From: Pseudomonadota bacterium
GTDB taxonomy: Bacteria; Pseudomonadota; Gammaproteobacteria; Thiotrichales; Thiotrichaceae
Length of the DNA: 64,000 bases
Assembly: GCA_046051185.1 (NCBI GenBank)
Contig: JBJOOT010000002.1
Span: 252-64,251 of the forward strand
Direction: 5' to 3'
Part shown: positions 53,526 through 61,477 of the stretch, piece after piece
Layout: every line of letters starts with the position of its first letter
How positions within the stretch are numbered: position 1 is the first letter of the stretch
The notes under the pieces: model-generated
What the model was told of the DNA's origin: nothing
Seen by the model: the letters and a program-made list of their open reading frames with translations, nothing else
Databases searched by the model: none
Translations under genes and position numbers: made by a program

Positions 53526-54798
53526 CGCTTGCTCCGTTGAAGGTTGGGGCTGGAAGAGCCGGATAAATAATCAAAGTTTTAATAATACTTTTACGAGTTT
53601 TCCGAATTTCCATCGGATGCTGCTCGATTAATACCGTCATACCGGGCACAGGGAGTAACTCTAAATGCTCCATAATTAAACCATTAATGGTTTTTGGGCC
53701 ATCGACGGGTAAATCGAGATGAAGAGCTTGATTGATTTCCCGAATAGGCGTCGCTCCATCTAGCCAAGCACTACCGTCCGCCATGATTTGAATTTTATGT
53801 TCATGCCTAATAGGAACAGTAGAAAATTCGCCAACAATTTCTTCTAGTATATCTTCAAGTGCGAGCATCCCTAAAATATCCCCATATTCGTCCACGACAA
53901 TGGCGGAGCGCCGGGCTTGCTCCCGAAAATTCAAAAGTTGCTGGATCAGCGAAGTTCCTTTAGGAATAAAATAGGCTGGGCGTATACTTGCTTTCAGATG
54001 TTCACGATCCAGCTTGTTTTCGGCAATTAGTGGTAGGAGTCGTTTTAAGTGTACAAAGCCGAGAATATTGTCCACAGAATGTTCATAGAGCATAATACGT
54101 GTGAATAAGCTATGGATAATTTGATTTTGAATATCCGCCCAATCATCTGCTAGATCAATACCCACTAACTGATGACGTGGAATCATAATGTCTTCAACAT
54201 TGCTCGATTCTAAGTCAACAATACTGATCAGCATTTCTAGATGCTCAGGTGGGATATTCAGGCCTTCAACTTCGATTAATTGCCGTAATTCTGCCCCACT
54301 AAATTTCACAAGCTTCGGTGGGTTAGTGGGCTGGTGGCAGAGCTTTAAGACCGTATTAGCTAAGCTATTAACGAGCGTGACTAAAGGCCAAGCCAATACT
54401 AATAAAGCCGCGTAAAAATCAGCAAACGGATAGGCAAAGCTTTCTGGATAAAGCCGAGCCAGTTTGCGGGGAAGTAACTCCGCAAGTAGGAGTAAGGCTA
54501 AGGTTAAGAGGAGGAGGCTGAGCGCTATTTGCCAAGCCACGGTCAGATCAATGAAATGACTGATGAGTACTAGGCTTAATCCAATGCTTAGAATGAGCAA
54601 CAGATATTTAAACAATTGTAGCAGCGTAATGACTTGATCTGTGTGCGCCAACAAATAATTTAAGCGCTCTTTACGACTAGAAGCATGCAAGCGCTTATAC
54701 GTCAGTAAGGCAGTTTCTGAGGCAGTCAATAGGGCTATTAATAACACCAAGACAAGCAAACCAAGGATTTGCAGGTTTAGTGGGAGTAGCCCGTTCAT
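53512..54798 (-). CDS. HlyC/CorC (CNNM-CBS-CorC) membrane protein, YfjD/CorB-like
   Basis: ASETAL, AELLPR, VEDIMIPR, VDEYGDI, LEDILEEIVGEF, GPKTINGLI. Confidence 0.88.
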   Translation of the reverse strand: MNGLLPLNLQILGLLVLVLLIALLTASETALLTYKRLHASSRKERLNYLLAHTDQVITLLQLFKYLLLILSIGLSLVLISHFIDLTVAWQIALSLLLLTLALLLLAELLPRKLARLYPESFAYPFADFYAALLVLAWPLVTLVNSLANTVLKLCHQPTNPPKLVKFSGAELRQLIEVEGLNIPPEHLEMLISIVDLESSNVEDIMIPRHQLVGIDLADDWADIQNQIIHSLFTRIMLYEHSVDNILGFVHLKRLLPLIAENKLDREHLKASIRPAYFIPKGTSLIQQLLNFREQARRSAIVVDEYGDILGMLALEDILEEIVGEFSTVPIRHEHKIQIMADGSAWLDGATPIREINQALHLDLPVDGPKTINGLIMEHLELLPVPGMTVLIEQHPMEIRKTRKSIIKTLIIYPALPAPTFNGASDGKK

Positions 54799-55595
54799 GG
54801 CTGCTTTAAATATTCAAGAACAAATTTACTACCAAAGAAAGCGATCATCAGTAATAGAAAGCCCGCTAAAGTCCAACGGATCGCTTTCTTGCCGCGCCAG
54901 CCGTATTGCCAGTGTCCATACAACAAAATGGCAAAAACGAGCCAAGCTAAAATCGACAAAATCGTTTTATGTGCTACATGCTGTGCAAAGAGGTCATCAA
55001 GATAAATAAAACCACTGATCAGACTCAAACTCAAAAGTAGCCAACCTAAAGCAATCACCTTAAAAAGTAACGACTCCATGTCCTGTAAAGGTGGCAGGGT
55101 TCTAACTAAAATATTGGGTTTATGATCGTGGAGCTGACGGATTTGTAAGCCCAATAACAAGGCATGCAAGGCTGCTAAGGTCAACATGCTGTAGGCAAGT
55201 AGTGAAATGAAAATATGTATCCCTAAGCCACTGCTTAAATTCAAGCTAGCACTTTGCGTAGGAAAAAAATAACTACCTAGTAAAGTGGGAGGAATAAACG
55301 GAATGATTAATAAACCTAGGCTTTCTAGCGGACGGTTCAATTGAGCTAGAAATAACAAAAAGCAAGTTAGCCAAAGTACCACAGACAGTGCAGCAAAAAA
55401 ATCAATAAAATTAGGCTGAGGTTTAGCCCAAGTCAGGATTAAGCTTGCACCGTGTATAATCAATGCCCATAGCCAAAGGCTATTGAGTAGCCAATTGGGT
55501 GGCCTTGATTGTGGCGGTTTGCGTAAGCGTAAAGCAATTACGAGCCAGGTCGACATCCAAGCCGCCATGACTACTAGGTTCATCATTATTGTCAT
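54795..55595 (-). CDS. YpjD/CcsA-family inner membrane protein
   Basis: HIFISLLAYS, LPPLQDME, HKTILS, GWRG, FGSKFV; divergent from ffh. Confidence 0.85.
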   Translation of the reverse strand: MTIMMNLVVMAAWMSTWLVIALRLRKPPQSRPPNWLLNSLWLWALIIHGASLILTWAKPQPNFIDFFAALSVVLWLTCFLLFLAQLNRPLESLGLLIIPFIPPTLLGSYFFPTQSASLNLSSGLGIHIFISLLAYSMLTLAALHALLLGLQIRQLHDHKPNILVRTLPPLQDMESLLFKVIALGWLLLSLSLISGFIYLDDLFAQHVAHKTILSILAWLVFAILLYGHWQYGWRGKKAIRWTLAGFLLLMIAFFGSKFVLEYLKQP

Positions 55596-55690
55596 TCTAG
55601 ATACAGATTAGCTTCTCATCAGTGTGACGATACAGTTTAATGCTATGATAGCAATTTGTTCTCGATTGGGACTAGCAGAAGACCATAATC

Positions 55691-57076
55691 ATGTTTGAAA
55701 ATTTAAGTGATCGTCTTTCGAAAACGGTAAAAAAATTACGTGGGCAAGCACGGTTAACCGATGAAAATATAAAAGATGCCTTGCGTGATGTGCGCATGGC
55801 TTTGTTGGAAGCCGATGTGGCTCTGCCAGTGGTGCGTGATTTTATTAATCGCATCCGTGAGCGTGCGGTTGGGCAAGAAGTTTTAGAAAGTTTAACTCCC
55901 GGTCAAGCTTTGATTAAAGTCGTTCATGAAGAACTGATTGAAATCATGGGGCAGGCTAATACCGGCTTAAATTTGAATACTCAACCGCCTGCAGTGATTT
56001 TAATGGCGGGTTTGCAAGGGGCAGGGAAGACTACAACTGTCGGTAAACTGACGCGCTTCTTAAAAGAAAAAAGTAAAAAGACCGTGATGGTCGCAAGTTG
56101 TGACATTTATCGTCCTGCTGCCATTAAACAATTAGAAACTATTGCGCAGCAAACGGAAGCGATCTTTTTTCCTAGTGAGCCTAATCAAAAACCGTCTGAG
56201 ATCGCTTTAGCAGCACTCGCGCAAGCTAAGCGCCAGTATATGGATGTGCTGATTATTGATACCGCCGGACGGCTGCATATTGATGCTGAAATGATGGATG
56301 AAATCAGTCAGCTGCATAAATTGTTGAATCCGGTTGAAACCTTATTCGTCGTTGATAGCATGACAGGCCAAGATGCTGCCAACACGGCAAAAGCCTTTGG
56401 TGATGCTTTGCCTTTAACAGGGGTTGTACTCACTAAAACGGATGGGGATGCTCGTGGTGGGGCGGCTTTATCGGTACGCCATATCACCGGCAAGCCGATT
56501 AAATTCATGGGTGTGGGCGAAAAACTCGATGCACTAGAACCTTTCCATCCTGATCGTATGGCTTCGCGTATTTTAGGGATGGGAGATGTGCTCAGTTTGA
56601 TTGAGCAAGCTCAAACCAAAGTCGACCATGAGAAAGCGCAAAAGCTTGCCCGTAAGCTGAATAAAGGCAAAGGTTTTGATTTTGAAGATCTGCGCGATCA
56701 AATGAATCAAATGTTAAAAATGGGAGGCATGAGTAGTTTGCTGGATAAATTACCCGGAATGGGGGCTATGCCCGCCCATATCAAAGATCAGGCTAATGAC
56801 AAAGAAATTCGCCGCATGATTGCAATTATTAACTCGATGACTCTTGAAGAGCGCCGTAATCCTGAGGTCATTAAATCTTCACGTAAGCGTCGGATTGCAG
56901 CTGGTTGTGGTTTACAAGTACAAGATGTTAATCGTCTGCTCAAGCAACAGCAGCAGATGAGTAAGGCTATGAAGCAGTTTTCAAAAGGGGGGATGCGTAA
57001 GCTGATGCAAACCATGAAAGGTAAGTTGCCAACAGGTGGAGGCTTTCCTCCGATGGGGGGAGGATTTCCGGGGTAA
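55691..57076 (+). CDS. ffh: Signal recognition particle protein Ffh
   Basis: MFENLSDRL, GLQGAGKTT, DTAGR, DGDARGGAALS, Met-rich M domain. Confidence 0.98.
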   Translation: MFENLSDRLSKTVKKLRGQARLTDENIKDALRDVRMALLEADVALPVVRDFINRIRERAVGQEVLESLTPGQALIKVVHEELIEIMGQANTGLNLNTQPPAVILMAGLQGAGKTTTVGKLTRFLKEKSKKTVMVASCDIYRPAAIKQLETIAQQTEAIFFPSEPNQKPSEIALAALAQAKRQYMDVLIIDTAGRLHIDAEMMDEISQLHKLLNPVETLFVVDSMTGQDAANTAKAFGDALPLTGVVLTKTDGDARGGAALSVRHITGKPIKFMGVGEKLDALEPFHPDRMASRILGMGDVLSLIEQAQTKVDHEKAQKLARKLNKGKGFDFEDLRDQMNQMLKMGGMSSLLDKLPGMGAMPAHIKDQANDKEIRRMIAIINSMTLEERRNPEVIKSSRKRRIAAGCGLQVQDVNRLLKQQQQMSKAMKQFSKGGMRKLMQTMKGKLPTGGGFPPMGGGFPG

Positions 57077-57114
57077 AAATTTGTGTTTTCCATGGAAATT
57101 CATGGCTTGAACTG

Positions 57115-57143
57115 TTTACCTGCTGGATACTGAGCGGTATGAT
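57115..57143 (+). promoter_or_regulatory. Putative sigma70 promoter of lipoprotein 1
   Basis: TTTACC-17 bp-TATGAT, followed directly by an inverted repeat (57143-57169). Confidence 0.4.
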
Positions 57144-57326
57144 TTGGTTGTGCGAAAGTTACAACTAAATTCTTGGGTTTGTTGGCTTTTAGCAACATTT
57201 AGGGCTGAATGTTGGGCATATTCATACAAACATTCTGCTGAGCCATTACGTCGATCAATGATTAGAAGGTGGGTTCACGTCTAGTCGTTGCTGCTTTACA
57301 CTTAACAACGAAAGAGATTAAAGGCC

Positions 57327-57869
57327 ATGAAAATCAAGACTCCGTATACTTTAGCGGCGATCTTTGCAGTTAGTATGTTTGCTTCTGGTTGTAGTCAAAT
57401 GGCTGCACAACAAGCTGCACCTGCTCCTGAGGCTAAGCCTAGCGAGCCAGTAACTGTTGTGGATTGCAGCAAATGTAAGAAACCTGCTCCGGCGCCTGTA
57501 GGTGGTGCACATACGCATCCAGCGATTCCGGGTTGCACCGATTCTACCACTCATACACATCCGTTTACGAATGCTAACCATAAGCATGCGTATAGCTGCA
57601 AAGGTGGAGCGAAGAAAAAGCCTTTACCACCTATGAAAACAAAACCTGCTAAACCAGTGGTGGATAAGTGGGCGCATACCCATCCTGCAATTCCAGGTTG
57701 TACCGATTCTATTACCCATACCCATCCTTATAACAATGCGAACCATAGCCATCATTACAGCTGCAAAGGTGGTAAGATTGATGTTGTAGTACCACCAGTA
57801 AAGGCGAAGGGCAATTATAAAGGCCCAGTGCAAATTGATGCTGGCGTGATGAAAACTTACAAAAAGTAA
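57327..57869 (+). CDS. Small Pro-rich lipoprotein 1 (DCSKC, two His/Cys repeats, conserved C-terminal motif)
   Basis: Lipobox FASG-C22; repeats at aa 61-93 and 116-148; ends VPPVKAKGNYKGPVQIDAGVMKTYKK. Confidence 0.85.
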   Translation: MKIKTPYTLAAIFAVSMFASGCSQMAAQQAAPAPEAKPSEPVTVVDCSKCKKPAPAPVGGAHTHPAIPGCTDSTTHTHPFTNANHKHAYSCKGGAKKKPLPPMKTKPAKPVVDKWAHTHPAIPGCTDSITHTHPYNNANHSHHYSCKGGKIDVVVPPVKAKGNYKGPVQIDAGVMKTYKK

Positions 57870-57930
57870 TGAGGAAGGTGTTTTTTGAGTTGCAGTTTAA
57901 GGCTGTGATTCAATAAAATCGACTCAAACA

Positions 57931-57962
57931 GCCCGATCTCGTAAGAAATCGGGCGTTTTTTA
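57931..57962 (+). terminator. Intrinsic terminator after lipoprotein 1
   Basis: gcccgatctc-gtaa-gaaatcgggc followed by gtttttt. Confidence 0.8.
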
Positions 57963-58078
57963 TTAGTAATTATTTTTTCTTATAAAGCGGTTAAATTTGA
58001 TATTGTTGTAGATAATCAGTTACTGTTGCGTTTTTGCCTCTCAACCGTAGTTGTTCTTCTCGTATAAGCATAGAAGTC

Positions 58079-59317
58079 ATGGATAAAATTAAAGCGTTAT
58101 TACTACTAGCGGTCTGGATCTGTTTAGCACCTTTAAGTTCAGTCTATGCGGCTGTTTGGAGTACAGAGTCTCAATGGGACGAGTCTTGGGAAAATCGTTA
58201 TCGCCAGTGGGTGGTTCAAAACTGGAAGGATGATATCTTCATGAACCCAGCTAAGCCGATATATTATAAGTTTGAAAATGATTGTGCTGATGCAACCTAC
58301 ATGATGCGTTTGATCTTCTCATTTGAGCATCGTTTGCCCTTTGCAGTGAATAATCAGCAAAGCCCGGGCAAAGTTATTAGTAATGAGATGAGTACTTGGG
58401 ATAACTTGCCTGAACCTCAGCGAGTTCGTCGCTTTATGGATTATGTCGCAGATATGACCAGTACTAAATCATTAAGACAAGACACTTATCCTGTTGCACT
58501 GAATGATATTAAGGCCGGTGATGTTTATGTAGCGCCCGGTGTACACTCTTATCAAATCGTTGAAGTAACTGAGACAGGGATTGCCGAAGTAATGGCTTCT
58601 ACTACGCCAAAGACTTCACGCTTTTTATTGCGCACGCCTTCCTTCCCCTTTTATGTACCAGAAGATAAGACCTTTGCTGATGGCTATCGTCGCTTTAAGC
58701 AACCCCAAAATATTCGTCAACCTGCTAGTGCACAGCCGGGGTATAGTGAAGAACAATTCCTATTAGCAGCTGATCTGAAATATGATTATGTAGCCTTTAC
58801 CGATATTATTTCTAAGAAGCTAGGCAAACGTGCAGAGCGTCCTGATGAAAAAACTACCCGTTTATTGTTAGCACTTTGCATGTCGGCCAATGATCGTAGC
58901 GTTTATGTTTATGATGCTTTATGGCATTTACAAGAAATTCGTAAAACCGGTCGTCAATGTATGAATGCTAAAGAATATGATGATCATTCTACGCCTGGCC
59001 GTGATAAGCGCTTAGGTATGTTCTTTAGTTCTATTCGTCATCATTTAGATCGGATTGGACGTTTTGATCCGCAATCACAACCTGCGCGTTGGGCAAAAGC
59101 GGTGTTTTCGATTGATGAGCCACCTGCAGGCGAAATGAAGCATTTGAATGATTTTTGTATGGTGCAAATGACCTTAGGCGAAGAACTCTATATGAGTTTG
59201 CGAGAATTGCGTAAAAATTTAGAGGGTGGCTATTTAGTATCCGATCCTCATGCACCTTTACAATATCGTTGGGGTATCGTAAAGACACCTTATCAAGCCA
59301 CTTGCCCTACTTATTGA
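58079..59317 (+). CDS. Secreted protein of unknown function with papain/NlpC-P60-like Cys...His signature; likely start MDKIK
   Basis: Signal peptide ending VYA-A; NDCAD, IKAGDVY, GVHSY in the order expected for NlpC/P60-like folds. Confidence 0.6.
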   Translation: MDKIKALLLLAVWICLAPLSSVYAAVWSTESQWDESWENRYRQWVVQNWKDDIFMNPAKPIYYKFENDCADATYMMRLIFSFEHRLPFAVNNQQSPGKVISNEMSTWDNLPEPQRVRRFMDYVADMTSTKSLRQDTYPVALNDIKAGDVYVAPGVHSYQIVEVTETGIAEVMASTTPKTSRFLLRTPSFPFYVPEDKTFADGYRRFKQPQNIRQPASAQPGYSEEQFLLAADLKYDYVAFTDIISKKLGKRAERPDEKTTRLLLALCMSANDRSVYVYDALWHLQEIRKTGRQCMNAKEYDDHSTPGRDKRLGMFFSSIRHHLDRIGRFDPQSQPARWAKAVFSIDEPPAGEMKHLNDFCMVQMTLGEELYMSLRELRKNLEGGYLVSDPHAPLQYRWGIVKTPYQATCPTY

Positions 59318-59432
59318 TCATTTGGGCCAGTTGTTGTAAAAAAGTCAGGGTAATTGTTTTATCTGACCAACAATTTTGAATATACTAAGAGAACCTTGTT
59401 CCCTAATTAACGTTATATAGAGACCGAAGACT

Positions 59433-59810
59433 ATGAAGATGAAAGCTCAACTCTCACTCGCTGCAGTCATTATGGCTGGTTTGTTAGCATCTGGCTGTAG
59501 CCAAATGAGTGCTCAACAAGTAGTAGAGCCACCACCTGCACCTGCTCCTGATAAAGTAGTATTGGATTGCAGTAAATGTGGTCCTGCACCTGTTGTTGTG
59601 AAGCCACGTCCAGTTGTAAAACCACGTCCAGTTGTGCGCCCACGCCCAGTTGTAAAACCACGTCCACAACCACCTGTTGTGGTTAGACCGCAACCACGTC
59701 CTCCAGTCGTTGTTGTTCCACCGATTAAAGTACCACCTGTCAAGGCTAAAGGTACTTATCGTGGTAAGATCCAAATTGATCAAGGCGTGATGAAGCAATA
59801 TCAACAGTAA
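59433..59810 (+). CDS. Small Pro/Arg/Val-rich lipoprotein 2
   Basis: Lipobox LASG-C22; DCSKC; (VV[KR]PRP)x4; ends VPPVKAKGTYRGKIQIDQGVMKQYQQ. Confidence 0.85.
   Translation: MKMKAQLSLAAVIMAGLLASGCSQMSAQQVVEPPPAPAPDKVVLDCSKCGPAPVVVKPRPVVKPRPVVRPRPVVKPRPQPPVVVRPQPRPPVVVVPPIKVPPVKAKGTYRGKIQIDQGVMKQYQQ
59595..59666 (+). repeat. 18-bp coding tandem repeat x4 (VV[KR]PRP)
   Basis: gttgtgaagccacgtcca / gttgtaaaaccacgtcca / gttgtgcgcccacgccca / gttgtaaaaccacgtcca. Confidence 0.9.
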
Positions 59811-59858
59811 TCAAGTTTGTGGTTAAGCGCTTGTAGCTAAATCACAACAAAACTGTTA

Positions 59859-59895
59859 AGCCCTTTACTTTGCAAAGAGTAAGGGGCTCTTTTTA
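59859..59895 (+). terminator. Intrinsic terminator after lipoprotein 2
   Basis: agccctttact...agtaaggggct followed by cttttt. Confidence 0.75.
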
Positions 59896-60100
59896 TTTTT
59901 AAGCTTTAAGCACAGGGAAGCTAGCTAGAACAAGGCTTTAGCAGGGTTTGTCTGGATAATGCTCAGTATCAATACTAAATGATAAAAATCTAAAAAATGT
60001 CGTAAAAAAAACTCAAAAGATAAGTTTACAACCCGCAACTCTAAAAACTTTGACTATACTCGAGAGTGCGTTCCCTTAAACAACGAAAGAGACCACTATT

Positions 60101-60712
60101 ATGAAGATGAAAACCCAACTTTCTCTGGCTAGCATTTTCTTGGCAGGTTTAATAACTTCTGGCTGTAGTCAAATGATGGGTGCTCAGCAAGTCGCTCAAG
60201 CTGCTCCTGCGCCTACACCTGCACCGGGTAAAGTTATTACAATTACTGATTGCAGTAAATGTCCTCCACGCCCACGTCCAAGTGGTGGTGGCAAAAAACC
60301 AAGTGGCGGTAAAAAACCAAGTGGTGGTATGGGCGGTCGGCACTCTCATCCAGCGATTCCTGGGTGTACAAATTCCATAACTCATACTCATCCTTATACG
60401 AATTCACGTCATACGCATAAGTATAGTTGCAAAGGACGTAAAGCTACTCAGCGTCCAATCCAACGCCCTGTTCAAAGACCAGTGGTTGCTAATCGGTGGG
60501 CGCATACACATCCAGCGATTCCGGGTTGTACTAATTCGATAACACATACTCATCCATACAATAATCCGAATCACTCACATCACTACAGCTGCAGAGGGGG
60601 TCAACGCCCAGATCAGCCACAACAAATTATCGTTCCGCCTATCAAAGCAAAAGGTAATTTCAAAGGCCCGATCCAAATTGACCAAGGTACTTTGAAACCT
60701 TATCAGCAATAA
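60101..60712 (+). CDS. Small Pro-rich lipoprotein 3 (DCSKC, two His/Cys repeats, conserved C-terminal motif)
   Basis: Lipobox ITSG-C22; repeats at aa 81-112 and 135-166; ends VPPIKAKGNFKGPIQIDQGTLKPYQQ. Confidence 0.85.
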   Translation: MKMKTQLSLASIFLAGLITSGCSQMMGAQQVAQAAPAPTPAPGKVITITDCSKCPPRPRPSGGGKKPSGGKKPSGGMGGRHSHPAIPGCTNSITHTHPYTNSRHTHKYSCKGRKATQRPIQRPVQRPVVANRWAHTHPAIPGCTNSITHTHPYNNPNHSHHYSCRGGQRPDQPQQIIVPPIKAKGNFKGPIQIDQGTLKPYQQ

Positions 60713-60757
60713 GTTTTGAGAGGGTTTGCTAAGTCAGTATAAAACTAGCAAGCTGTC

Positions 60758-60789
60758 AGACGTCCATCTTAATAGCATGGACGTCTTTG
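60758..60789 (+). terminator. Hairpin/terminator after lipoprotein 3
   Basis: agacgtccat...atggacgtct followed by ttg. Confidence 0.65.
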
Positions 60790-60942
60790 CCGTTTATCTA
60801 GTCGTCATTTCGCAATTGCCTAAAATTTTATTGGTTAAGCTGTCATTAGGGTGGGTCTGAGCATAGTAAGACTGTCTGCAATGGGCTTTAAATACTCATC
60901 GTATTTTTAATAACAATAAGTTTGAAATAGAGGCAAACAATA

Positions 60943-61260
60943 ATGAAAATTAATAATCGGCATGTAGCAATGGCTATTTTGATTGCGGGCTTGGCCGCAG
61001 CAGGCTGTAGCCAACAACAAGCAGCGCCGCCAGTTGAAACTGTTCCAGAGCCAGTTGTTGAAGTTCCTCAACCAGAACCTGTGCCTGTGATTGAAGAGCC
61101 AGCACCTCCTCCAGTCGTACAACCTGTACCACGTCCACAACCACGTCCTGTGCGTCCTATACAGCGTCCACCTGTTAAAGTACCTCCTGTTAAAGCTAAA
61201 GGTACTTATCGCGGTGCAGTACAAATTGATCGTGGTGCTATGCAGCAGTATCAATACTAA
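60943..61260 (+). CDS. Small Pro-rich lipoprotein 4
   Basis: RBS gagg; lipobox AAAG-C22; acidic EP/VP stretch then basic RP stretch; ends VPPVKAKGTYRGAVQIDRGAMQQYQY. Confidence 0.85.
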   Translation: MKINNRHVAMAILIAGLAAAGCSQQQAAPPVETVPEPVVEVPQPEPVPVIEEPAPPPVVQPVPRPQPRPVRPIQRPPVKVPPVKAKGTYRGAVQIDRGAMQQYQY

Positions 61261-61266
61261 TCAGTG

Positions 61267-61301
61267 GGCATGGTTAGGCTGACTGTCTAGCCATGCCTTC
61301 T
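61267..61301 (+). terminator. Hairpin/terminator after lipoprotein 4
   Basis: ggcatggttagg...tctagccatgcc followed by ttct. Confidence 0.65.
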
Positions 61302-61477
61302 AAAGATAATTAAAGTATAACCGTTTGAATTTTCAGAGTTTTGTTTTATTAAACCCCTAGCATTAAAAAGTTAATGTGGTTGACGCTAGTATTTCCTAGA
61401 TATTTATTATAAAACTACATGCGCACCGGCTGGGGAAGTGCGTTTCTTATAGACTATTTATTCCTTTGGGTGGAGTT

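Noticed and set aside
59470-61254. Trp-rich antisense ORFs (59484, 59513, 60149, 60907 and similar)
   Set aside because: Reverse complements of Pro codons (cca reads tgg); no RBS or independent evidence.
57327-61260. Small lipoproteins as c-type cytochromes or exosortase H substrates
   Set aside because: CxxC is not followed by His, and the C-termini lack the TM helix and basic tail that exosortases require.
57327-61260. RiPP precursor cluster
   Set aside because: No radical SAM, YcaO, LanM or similar maturase or dedicated exporter; the genes have lipoboxes and their own terminators.
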